From: Parachlamydiales bacterium
Lineage (GTDB): Bacteria > Chlamydiota > Chlamydiia > Chlamydiales > SM23-39
DNA: 64,000 bases
Reading direction: 5' to 3'
Assembly: GCA_050302075.1 (NCBI GenBank)
Contig: JBNLAH010000003.1
Span: 128,001 to 192,000, forward strand
The number at the start of each line of letters is the position of its first letter. The first letter of the stretch is position 1. The position numbers and the translations under genes are program-made. The notes under the pieces are model-generated. The model searched no databases, was not told where the DNA came from, and saw only the letters and a list, made by a program, of their open reading frames with translations. Positions 53,074-62,077 of this stretch are shown here, one piece after another.

Positions 53074-53727
53074 TTATCCTTTTTTATGAAATGCAACACA
53101 GATTATAAAGTGGGCCATAGAAGCGAATCCTGTATGGACAGTCTCATCATTCATTCCAAACGGGAATACTTGATGAAAATATTTTTTAAGGCTGTTTTTA
53201 AGACGCTCTTGTGAATAAAGATTGATATGACCTAGTTTGCTAGCCTCTGATGCATATTTGTCGGCTGTAATGTTAGGAGTTCCGATTACACAAATGCCAT
53301 TCTCACTTAAATTTTTTAAAATTGTCTCAAAAAACTGTTCTTCGAACTTGGGATCGATATGCTCAATCACATCCATGTTTACAATTGCCTCAAATGAGCC
53401 ATATTGTTTCCCCATGAAATCGTCATAGATAAAGTTTAAATTAGGTAAATTTTGCTTTGCGGTTTCTATTGCCGAATTATCAAGATCAACTCCTGTATAG
53501 CTCTTGGCTGTTTCAGCTAAAATAGTAGCTCCTATGCCTTCACTGCAACCTAGCTCTAATATATTGGCATCTTTACAGGCCATCTTGGCGGCAAACTTAT
53601 ATCTCGATAGGACAAAGCCTAAGCGTTTTGGGTCATTTCGGAAGTTATAACTCCAATGTCTTCCAAATGCTACTTTTTCATTTCCAAGTAAACTGGTGGT
53701 CTCATCCCACAGGTTTTTTTCTTTCAT
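53074..53727 (-). CDS. Class I SAM methyltransferase
   Basis: RYKFAAK, LELGCSEG, DVIEHI, GTPN and GHIN motifs. Confidence 0.86.
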   Translation of the reverse strand: MKEKNLWDETTSLLGNEKVAFGRHWSYNFRNDPKRLGFVLSRYKFAAKMACKDANILELGCSEGIGATILAETAKSYTGVDLDNSAIETAKQNLPNLNFIYDDFMGKQYGSFEAIVNMDVIEHIDPKFEEQFFETILKNLSENGICVIGTPNITADKYASEASKLGHINLYSQERLKNSLKKYFHQVFPFGMNDETVHTGFASMAHFIICVAFHKKG

Positions 53728-54577
53728 AATTTTTTAATAGTTTTTCAATGTTATCCTTAAGAGAGGAAAATTTTTTTAAATTGAGTCTAACTGACTCCAT
53801 AGTGGTATTAAAAGGTCTTTGAAAATTTTCTCCAAGGTTTTTTAAAGAAATTTTATGAATTAATGATTTGTTAAAGTTGAACTTACTTGCAATAAGATCT
53901 GCTATGGTATCTCTTGGAAATGCTTCTGGTCCACATAGATTGAACAATCCAGTTAGTCTTTCTTTTTGAATATGAACAATCGCCTTGAAAACATCCTTTA
54001 GATGAATAGGGCAAAAAATCTGATCTGTGGCTACCTTTACTGATTTGTTTAGCATAAATAAATCAATTATTTCAGATATAAAACTTCCTTTGTCCCCATA
54101 AACCTTGCTTAATCTTAAGATGATGCATTTGTCAGAAAAGTCTCTTAAAATCTTTTCTTCCAAGAGCTGTTTTTGTTTTCCATATTCATTTACAGCTTTT
54201 GTCTTTGATAGTTCGGTATAGTTTCCCTCCACACCATCAAAAACATAGTCTGATGAAAAGACAATTGGAATTATTTCCAATTTAACTAAATGCTCTACCA
54301 ATTTGTAAGTTTGTTGAACATTTACAAACTCAGTACCCACCGGATCGCTTTCACATTTAGATATTTTGGTTATACCAACACAAACTATTCCGTATTTAGC
54401 TCTTAAATCAAACTCCCATGAAGTCGAGTCGATAAGGTCAAAAGTAGGCGACGAATGTCTATTAAATCCAATAGTTGACTCATCTATCAGCTTATAGCAA
54501 TCTAAAAGATAAGAGCCGATATAGCCATTTGAGCCAAAGATTATTGTCTTTGGAATTTCATCATTCTTTATGTACAT
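53702..54577 (-). CDS. RmlD-like NDP-4-keto-sugar reductase
   Basis: GSNGYIG, SSDYVFDG, YGKQK and DQIFCP motifs. Confidence 0.8.
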   Translation of the reverse strand: MYIKNDEIPKTIIFGSNGYIGSYLLDCYKLIDESTIGFNRHSSPTFDLIDSTSWEFDLRAKYGIVCVGITKISKCESDPVGTEFVNVQQTYKLVEHLVKLEIIPIVFSSDYVFDGVEGNYTELSKTKAVNEYGKQKQLLEEKILRDFSDKCIILRLSKVYGDKGSFISEIIDLFMLNKSVKVATDQIFCPIHLKDVFKAIVHIQKERLTGLFNLCGPEAFPRDTIADLIASKFNFNKSLIHKISLKNLGENFQRPFNTTMESVRLNLKKFSSLKDNIEKLLKNYERKKPVG

Positions 54578-55550
54578 ATTCTAACGGCTCATTTTGGATC
54601 TTTTGGAAGTTCTCTTCTATCCATGTGATTACACTTTGAACTCCGTCTTTGAAAGATATTTGAGCTTTCCAATTGAGTTCATTTCTAATTTTTGAAGAGT
54701 CAATTACATAAGCCTTATCTTGACCTAGTCTTTCCTCTACGATATTTACAGCATTTCTAAAAGGAATATTCAACCTGTCACAGATGTTCGTAACGACCTC
54801 TTTGACGGATATCCCGCTATCTGGAGATATGTGATAAATATCTCCAATTGTACCTTTCTCCATTACTAATAGCTCACCGTTTGAGACATCTCTTATATGA
54901 ATGTATGACTTGACTGCATTCCCTCCACCATGAAGAGGAATCAATCTATTTTGCTTAATGTATATGACTGACCTTGGGATTATTTTAAATAGCTGTTGAT
55001 GCGCCCCATATACATTAGTGGCTCTTATCATTACCATTGGGAAATTAAAGTTTTTATAAAAGGTAAATAGAGAAAGATCACCGGCTGCTTTTGATGCTGC
55101 ATATGGTGTTGTTGGGTTTACAGGATGATTTTCCTTTACTGTTCCAATGCATGTACCATAAACCTCTGGTGAAGAGATGTGCACATATTTTTTTAGATAC
55201 TTTTTATCTTTAAGCATATTTACCAATTTTGTCAGTGCGACAACATTAGTCTGGTACCAATGATGTGGATTATCCCATGAAGGAGCAACTTCACTCTGGG
55301 CAGCAAAATTAACAATATAATCCGGTTTAAATTCATCTAGCCTACCTTCAAGTTTTTCTATCGAATTGTTTAAATCACATTGGAAAAAGGAATAGTTTCT
55401 TAAATCTTTTTTCTTATATGGAAGAAAAAGTTCTTCTTTTTCTTTTGATCTGCTCACACCTAAGACTTCATAATTTTCAAGACTTAGTAATAAATCAATG
55501 AAATCGCTACCTGAAAATGAATTACTACCTATTACTACTACTTTTTTCAT
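54561..55550 (-). CDS. RmlB-like NDP-sugar 4,6-dehydratase
   Basis: GSNSFSG, NFAAQSEV, SSPEVYG, PYAASK, NVYG and RLGQD motifs. ATG at 55550 has a GAGGA RBS. Confidence 0.82.
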   Translation of the reverse strand: MKKVVVIGSNSFSGSDFIDLLLSLENYEVLGVSRSKEKEELFLPYKKKDLRNYSFFQCDLNNSIEKLEGRLDEFKPDYIVNFAAQSEVAPSWDNPHHWYQTNVVALTKLVNMLKDKKYLKKYVHISSPEVYGTCIGTVKENHPVNPTTPYAASKAAGDLSLFTFYKNFNFPMVMIRATNVYGAHQQLFKIIPRSVIYIKQNRLIPLHGGGNAVKSYIHIRDVSNGELLVMEKGTIGDIYHISPDSGISVKEVVTNICDRLNIPFRNAVNIVEERLGQDKAYVIDSSKIRNELNWKAQISFKDGVQSVITWIEENFQKIQNEPLEYVHKE

Positions 55551-55583
55551 AAATATCCTCATAAATGTAAAGCGAGGTTTACA

Positions 55584-57110
55584 TTACTTCATTAATCTGA
55601 TTAAAAATTTCAACAATGCAGTTTTCTTTACAGGCTCTCTATTCCCGACTATTTGAATATCTAATGCTGCGGCAATTGAGCCTAAAAATGCTGATAAAGT
55701 TAAATCTTTTGTTTTTGCCAAAGATAACGCTGAGATAGCCAAAAAACTATCTCCTGCTCCTACTCGATCAATAGAGCTAGAATTCAAAGCTGGAATAGTA
55801 CTTGAAGTACCTTCCTTATCTAGGCATAAGACTCCTTCAACTCCTCTTGTAATTGAGATTGAATTTGAGCCAAGTTTTTGTTTTAGATTTTCGGCAATTA
55901 TTTTTATATCGCTTTTTCTGTCCTGGGCTGCAAGTCTTGCTTCAGGCTCATTTAAAGAAATATAATCTGCTTTTTTATAGTGAGTTACTACATTAAACCC
56001 TCTATTGCCACTATTGCTTTGAGTATTTAAAGCTAAAAAAGTTGGCTGATTTGAAATTACTTCAGTTAAATTAGGATTTATAAATCCATTCCCAAAATCG
56101 CATACAACTATAAGGTCATATTCATCTGACCTTTTATTTAAAAAATCAGTCACTTTTTCTGACTCGCTATCATCTAAAATATTTTCATTTGAAGAATAGG
56201 TCTCGAATAACTTTGAAATTGAATTTCCGTCTTTCAAAACATAGCGCTTTTTGGTAAGTGTTGTATCTTTATTTGATAAGAAGAAATTCTTTTTGATACT
56301 AGAATTTAAAGTAGAGTTAATGAAGTCTCGTCTTGAGCAATTATTTCCGATGGCAGTAAGTATAGTTACATTATCAGAAAACTCTGCCAAATGATTGGCA
56401 ACAATCAAAGACCCTCCCAAAAAAACTTCGCAGTCAATGTTTTTTGCTACCATATGAAGGCCTTTTCCAGATTGTCCTAAAGGTTCAACATATTGGTATT
56501 CATCGATAATAGCATCACCAATTACTAAGACCTTTAACTTTGAAAAGTCTTCTATTTTTTGAATGATTTCATCACAGCTGTATTTTTCTTTAATCTTTTT
56601 AATAACTTGTTGAAGTCCAATTGGCAACGGGTCGAAAAACTTATTAATGAGGGTAGACGAGCTGAATACAATGTCATTTGTATAATAAACCTTACCATTA
56701 AATTTCTCTACTTCTCTTGTTTCATCTGAAATCTTTCCTGTCACATCTTTTTCATGCTTAGCATATTCTTTTCCCTTAACATAAACATCTGGGCGAACTT
56801 TAGATATGCAGCTGACAGCATCTGGGCTATCATTTAAAACCACGTAATCTACTAGATCCAAAGATGCTAGACATTCTAGCCTTAGTTGCTCATTAAAAAT
56901 AGGCCTTCCGGGGCCTTTATTCACATACTTATCAGGTGTAATTGAAACTACGAGAAGATTTCCTTGTTTTTTTGCTTCTTGGAAGTGTCTTATATGTCCT
57001 GGGTGAAGGAGATCAAAAACACCGTGACATTGAACTATCTTTTTTCCTGATTTTTTTTCTTCTTCAATTACTTCATATATTTCATTTAAGCTGATTACTT
57101 TCTGTAGCAA
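55584..57110 (-). CDS. HldE-like bifunctional nucleotidyltransferase plus PfkB kinase (domain order reversed relative to E. coli HldE)
   Basis: HGVFDLLHPGH and KGPGRP at the N-terminus; IGDAIIDEY, DFGNG, NEPE and DRVGAGDSF at the C-terminus. Confidence 0.85.
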   Translation of the reverse strand: MLQKVISLNEIYEVIEEEKKSGKKIVQCHGVFDLLHPGHIRHFQEAKKQGNLLVVSITPDKYVNKGPGRPIFNEQLRLECLASLDLVDYVVLNDSPDAVSCISKVRPDVYVKGKEYAKHEKDVTGKISDETREVEKFNGKVYYTNDIVFSSSTLINKFFDPLPIGLQQVIKKIKEKYSCDEIIQKIEDFSKLKVLVIGDAIIDEYQYVEPLGQSGKGLHMVAKNIDCEVFLGGSLIVANHLAEFSDNVTILTAIGNNCSRRDFINSTLNSSIKKNFFLSNKDTTLTKKRYVLKDGNSISKLFETYSSNENILDDSESEKVTDFLNKRSDEYDLIVVCDFGNGFINPNLTEVISNQPTFLALNTQSNSGNRGFNVVTHYKKADYISLNEPEARLAAQDRKSDIKIIAENLKQKLGSNSISITRGVEGVLCLDKEGTSSTIPALNSSSIDRVGAGDSFLAISALSLAKTKDLTLSAFLGSIAAALDIQIVGNREPVKKTALLKFLIRLMK

Positions 57111-57699
57111 TGTTATCCCTTTTTAAATTATTAAATAAAAATTTATTACTTTTCCAAACGTCTACAATTGTATGTAATAAAAAAAAATGACCTGTTTCAA
57201 CCAAACCATAGTCAGAAACATTTAACCAAAAGTTCAAATCACCCATCTTTTTCAAGGGGTTAGTCGGAAGAAAGCCACTCAAGGTAATTATTTTACTGGA
57301 TTTACTTTTAGCAACCTCTACTGCATTAATAATGTTGGACGAATTGCCAGAACTACTGATTGCAATTAAAAGATCTCTTGATGTGATTAATGTTTTAAGG
57401 GGAGTTGAAAAAACATGTTCATAACCGTAGTCATTACTAATACAGGTCATGATATTCGAATCAAACAATGTATTAGAGGGAACTTGACAAGCATTTAAAA
57501 AGTCTATCGAAAAATGAGAAGCAATGCCTGCACTTCCTCCATTTCCAATTAGATATGCAATTCCTTGATTTTTTTTTACATTGAGCAACAAAGAATGAAA
57601 AATACGAATTGCTTGTGAATCGGAAATTATCTCATCTGAAGTACTATATTCACAGCATTCAATAAACTTCTGAAGCTCATTTATTCTTTCTAAAAACAT
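57082..57699 (-). CDS. gmhA: SIS-domain phosphoheptose isomerase (GmhA-like)
   Basis: GNGGS, SNDYGY, ISSSGNS and VETGH motifs. Confidence 0.8.
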   Translation of the reverse strand: MFLERINELQKFIECCEYSTSDEIISDSQAIRIFHSLLLNVKKNQGIAYLIGNGGSAGIASHFSIDFLNACQVPSNTLFDSNIMTCISNDYGYEHVFSTPLKTLITSRDLLIAISSSGNSSNIINAVEVAKSKSSKIITLSGFLPTNPLKKMGDLNFWLNVSDYGLVETGHFFLLHTIVDVWKSNKFLFNNLKRDNIATESNQLK

Positions 57700-57700
57700 A

Positions 57701-58684
57701 TTACTTTAAGTATTTGAACCAGTTTTTTGTAGCAATGTTAATACTTTCAGGATCCCATACCGGAGCATCTTTAAAATCATCTATTTTATTAATCAGTTTA
57801 TTTACTCCTTCTTTCAAGGAGACTTTAGCTGACCAGCTAAGCTTTTTTTGGATTTTGTTTATATCTGCGAAAGTACAGTCCGGTTCACCTGGTCTTTTAG
57901 GTATAAAAACTTTATCACCTTGCAGTAGGTCAATAATTTCATTTACGCTGTAGTGACCTCCACTGCCAACATTCATGATCTGTTGATTTATATCAGACAT
58001 CGCTGCTACATAGAATGCATCTGCTACATCGGTCACAAATGTGAAGTCCCTAGTTTGGTTACCATCACCCACAACAGTAAATGGTCTTTTGTTTAATTTC
58101 TGGGCTAAAAAAACTCCGAATACGGCCCCATATGCTCCAGTCGTTCGAGCCCTTGGTCCATAAACATTAAAAAGCCTCAAAGATATAACAGGCATCTTAT
58201 AAACTTGTCCCCAATGCATTACTAACTCTTCACCTAAAAGTTTAGTTAAGGCGTATGGATATTGAGGTGAAGTAGCTGTAGTTTCTGGAGTTGGATAAAC
58301 ATTTGGAACCCCATAGCATGATGATGACGCTGCATAAACCAGCTTTTTGATTGAATACTTTTTTGTAGCCTCTAAAACGTTGTATGTTCCATTAACATTT
58401 GTTTCGAAGTAGCTTTTTGGGTTCTCAATTGATGGTACAATATCAGCCAAAGCTGCTAAATGAAAAACATAATCAGCACCTTTAAAGTGAGACTCAATTT
58501 CAGAAAAAAACCTTACATCTGCTTTAACAAAGGTAAAATTTGGGTTATCTGTAATACTTTTTAAATTAGCCAGTTTACTTCCATACAAGTTATCAATTGC
58601 AAGTACTTGATGGCCTTCTTGAATTAGCTTCTCACAAAGATGACTTCCTATAAAACCTGAACCACCAGTTACAATAGATTTCAT
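57701..58684 (-). CDS. NAD-dependent NDP-sugar epimerase/dehydratase
   Basis: TGGSGFIGS, HLAALADIVPS, PYALTK and FNVYGPR motifs. Confidence 0.9.
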   Translation of the reverse strand: MKSIVTGGSGFIGSHLCEKLIQEGHQVLAIDNLYGSKLANLKSITDNPNFTFVKADVRFFSEIESHFKGADYVFHLAALADIVPSIENPKSYFETNVNGTYNVLEATKKYSIKKLVYAASSSCYGVPNVYPTPETTATSPQYPYALTKLLGEELVMHWGQVYKMPVISLRLFNVYGPRARTTGAYGAVFGVFLAQKLNKRPFTVVGDGNQTRDFTFVTDVADAFYVAAMSDINQQIMNVGSGGHYSVNEIIDLLQGDKVFIPKRPGEPDCTFADINKIQKKLSWSAKVSLKEGVNKLINKIDDFKDAPVWDPESINIATKNWFKYLK

Positions 58685-59673
58685 TTTAGATTTACCTTTT
58701 GCATCGTTTTAATATTGAAGTAGGTTTCATCACTCAAAGAGTTTGGTAGCATATCTTTTTCAAATGCCTCAACTAAGCTGATAACAGCATCCTCAATTGA
58801 GTATTTAGGGTAGAAATCTATTTTTTTGCCGATCTTCTCGGAAGATATATGATATGACCTTGGATCGTTGGTAGGTACGAATTCAACCGATACCTCCTTT
58901 GTTTTTGAAACAACTTTTCGTACAATTTCAGCTATCTCTTTAACTGTGTGATTGTGATAGCCGACATTAAAAGTTTCTCCTTGAATAGTTTCTTTTGGTG
59001 ATTTTAAAACATATAAATACGAGCGCACCATATCATCAATATGGATATTAGGCCTCATTTGGTCTCCGCCCATTACTTTTATTTTACCAGTATTATAAGC
59101 TAAGTTAGTCAGAATATTTACTACAACATCTAGTCTTTGTCTTGGGGCATACCCACAAACGGTTGCAGGTCTTATTACTGTGCAAATAAAGTTATCATCC
59201 AAATATGAGAATAATATTCTTTCACATTCTGCTTTGAATTTTGAATAATCTGTCAGTGGTCTTAACTCCATACCCTCATGAACACTTGGTTCATCTTTTA
59301 CACCATAAACAGATGATGATGATGCATAGATAAAACGTTTTACCTTTGCCGCCTTTGCCGCCTTTACAAATGGTTCAAATGAATCTAGGTTGATTGACTT
59401 GCCAAGGCTTGGGTCTAATTCAAAGCTTGGATCATTTGAAATACATGCTAGATGAATTACAGCATCACAAAAATGTAAAGCTCGCTTTACAGTTTGAATA
59501 TCTCGAATATCACCTTTAATCTCTGTTAATTTAGGATTACATCTATGACTTTTAAATACTGAATCACCATAAAGGTATAGATCCAAAACGACTACCTCAT
59601 GTCCTTCATCTAAAAGAGCAGGAACTAGTTTTGAGCCGACATATCCAGCACCGCCAGCTACTAAAATTCTCAT
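58681..59673 (-). CDS. NAD-dependent NDP-sugar epimerase/dehydratase
   Basis: GGAGYVG, HLACISNDP, YSKFK and RPATVCG..RQRLD motifs. ATG at 59673 preferred. Confidence 0.88.
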   Translation of the reverse strand: MRILVAGGAGYVGSKLVPALLDEGHEVVVLDLYLYGDSVFKSHRCNPKLTEIKGDIRDIQTVKRALHFCDAVIHLACISNDPSFELDPSLGKSINLDSFEPFVKAAKAAKVKRFIYASSSSVYGVKDEPSVHEGMELRPLTDYSKFKAECERILFSYLDDNFICTVIRPATVCGYAPRQRLDVVVNILTNLAYNTGKIKVMGGDQMRPNIHIDDMVRSYLYVLKSPKETIQGETFNVGYHNHTVKEIAEIVRKVVSKTKEVSVEFVPTNDPRSYHISSEKIGKKIDFYPKYSIEDAVISLVEAFEKDMLPNSLSDETYFNIKTMQKVNLK

Positions 59674-59832
59674 ATATATACCTATTTTTTGAAGTCCTAT
59701 AAAAAAACTTTTTTGAATTATCCGCAAGATAATTGTTTTTAAAACCTAGAGGTCAGTTTCAAGCTCTAAAAAATGGATTTTTATTGGACGAACAGAAGAA
59801 AAAGTACTTGATGACAAATGAGGATAAAAATT

Positions 59833-59860
59833 TATGCAGGCGTAATTTTGCGCCTGCATA
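59833..59860. terminator. Intrinsic terminator, possibly bidirectional
   Basis: 10-bp stem TATGCAGGCG/CGCCTGCATA just after the stop at 59872, with T-rich tails on both strands. Confidence 0.75.
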
Positions 59861-59871
59861 TTCTTTTAAAT

Positions 59872-60843
59872 TTAGGCCTTAAGCCAAGGTTCAACTTCAG
59901 GACAATTTTCTAGTCTAGCCAATAACGATTCGTTGCTATCTTGTAAGTGTTGATTTCTTACAGCAGCAAATGTAATGCGAGGGGGGCGTTCTTTTGGAAA
60001 AGGCTGCAGTCCTAATTGCTCTCTGATTTCTGACTTAAAATCAACAAAAACTGAACCAACTAATGAATATCTATTGTCTCCTCTAGCTGGAACAATGTAC
60101 GGATCTTTAAATGACAATCCGATTTCGGTATTCAAAAATCCTTCTGGTAACTTCTCAGAATCATACTCCCAACGAAAAGCTAATACTACATGTCCATAAA
60201 TATCAGGTAGTTGCAAATGCCTAGCTCCTTCAGCTGAAAGATGTTTTTCTATCTCAGGTCTATAAGCCTCTAATAATTCTTTTGAGAATCCTTCATCAAT
60301 TTCAGCAATTAAATGGCCTGAGCTTTCATGAATTTTAACTTTACATTTCAGTGAACCATTTGGAAGAATTTTATGAGCCTGTTCACTAGGTAACTTTGTT
60401 ACTACATATGAAGCTGGGAAATGATCGATTTCAGCAATTTTGCTTCCTGTCATTTTCATAGTTTCTCTATCATTTGATTTAACAGCACCAAGTAACTCAT
60501 TTGAGATTTCGTTGATTTTTTCAACAAAAGTTCTAAAACCTGGACTGTTAAAATCCTTATTTTCGTGCAAAGTGACCAAATAGCTAAAAAGTGTTACTAG
60601 CGCTCTAGCGTTGCCTCCAAATTTTTCCTTAGAAAAATGTGAACTTATTTTTTCTTCAGACCTTAATGGAAGGTCTCTTCCATTTGCTTGATCAAATATC
60701 GATAAAGCAAATAATGCCATTTTGTCTTTAGTTGCCTCAACTTCTTCATTATATTCTGCTCCGTCACGCCTGGATTGCACTACAAAGGCATGATTTAACA
60801 TTGGATTGGATATTACTGATTGATTAACACTAGCTGCCGCCAT
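59872..60843 (-). CDS. Hypothetical effector-like protein with a degenerate 2H-phosphoesterase-like C-domain
   Basis: Paralog of the next gene; GHVVL...IREQLGL...RITF pattern; AAGG RBS. Confidence 0.55.
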   Translation of the reverse strand: MAAASVNQSVISNPMLNHAFVVQSRRDGAEYNEEVEATKDKMALFALSIFDQANGRDLPLRSEEKISSHFSKEKFGGNARALVTLFSYLVTLHENKDFNSPGFRTFVEKINEISNELLGAVKSNDRETMKMTGSKIAEIDHFPASYVVTKLPSEQAHKILPNGSLKCKVKIHESSGHLIAEIDEGFSKELLEAYRPEIEKHLSAEGARHLQLPDIYGHVVLAFRWEYDSEKLPEGFLNTEIGLSFKDPYIVPARGDNRYSLVGSVFVDFKSEIREQLGLQPFPKERPPRITFAAVRNQHLQDSNESLLARLENCPEVEPWLKA

Positions 60844-60970
60844 AGATATACCTTTTGTTTAAAAATTTATTGGGATTTTGGCGGCGGATAATGTTAAATT
60901 TAGAATTTTTAATCAATTATTTTTTTAAGGACTAACTTATTAAGAAAAAGCAGTTATAAATTTAAAAAAA

Positions 60971-61933
60971 TTAAAGTTGAAGCAAGCTTTGGATTTTTGG
61001 ACATTTTTCAAACTCACTTAATAAAAAATTATCACCATCTGGCAGATGTCTATTTCTCACAACTCCAAATATAAAACGATATGCATTGTCTGAGAGAGGC
61101 TTTAATCCTATATTTTTTCGAATTGAATTAATATCTTGAGACTCAATAAAAATTGAGGCCATTGCAGCATATCTATTATCTGTTCTTGAAGGTGAAAAAA
61201 AAGGCTCTTTAAACAACAACTCAACTTCTTCATGCATAAAAACTTCAGAAGAAGATGAATTGATTAACTCATTTTTTCTAGCAATAATGACTAAATATTC
61301 TTCATCTGGTATTTGTAAGCAATTAGCCCCTTCATCTGAAAGATATTGACTAATTTCAGGTCTATATACCTCTAGAAATTTTTCCAAAAAGTCATTTTTA
61401 ATAACAGCAATTAAATGACCTGAACCTTTATGAATTCTTACATCGCATTTCAAGGTATTGTCATGTAGGATTTTACTAATTAGATCCCCATTCAACTTAG
61501 TTAGGCTATATTTGGCAAAAAAATTATTAATTGGCCTAAATTCCTGTCTTATCCAAATTAACTTGTTAATAGCGTCTATGTTTTTAATTCTTAATAATTT
61601 ATTTGCAACTCTAGTGACTTTCTCTGCAAATTTTTTAACTTTAGGATCATCACTGCTTTCATTTAGGCAGATAAGATAAGCAAAAATAGTTGATAATTCT
61701 TTTACAAAACCAACCCCATAAGATCCTTTGCCAAAATAAAAACTGAAGGTTTTACCAGGTGCTATATGGATATCTTTTTTACCTAAATCAAAAATTGTTA
61801 ATGCTAGTAATGTTGCTCGATCTTTTATGGATTCTAGCTGTGTAGAAATGTTAGTTTTGTCTAATGTAGATTTGAATACAAAGTCATGTTTTAACATCCC
61901 ATTGAATGTTCTAGCTTCAATAGCGCTCGCCAT
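60971..61933 (-). CDS. Paralog of 59872-60843
   Basis: Shared LKC.V.IH..SGHLIA, YRPEI..LS.EGA..LQ.PD and DNRY blocks, and similar upstream DNA. ATG at 61933 preferred. Confidence 0.55.
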   Translation of the reverse strand: MASAIEARTFNGMLKHDFVFKSTLDKTNISTQLESIKDRATLLALTIFDLGKKDIHIAPGKTFSFYFGKGSYGVGFVKELSTIFAYLICLNESSDDPKVKKFAEKVTRVANKLLRIKNIDAINKLIWIRQEFRPINNFFAKYSLTKLNGDLISKILHDNTLKCDVRIHKGSGHLIAVIKNDFLEKFLEVYRPEISQYLSDEGANCLQIPDEEYLVIIARKNELINSSSSEVFMHEEVELLFKEPFFSPSRTDNRYAAMASIFIESQDINSIRKNIGLKPLSDNAYRFIFGVVRNRHLPDGDNFLLSEFEKCPKIQSLLQL

Positions 61934-62077
61934 TATATACACCTTATATTAGAAATTTATTAAAATTTAGCTAGCGCATTTTGTTAGAAATTAAGATTTT
62001 TAATCAATTTTTTTAAATATAGAGCCTACTAAAAATGTAAGAATTAGCTATTTTTTAGAGTTAAGAATGAGGGAATG

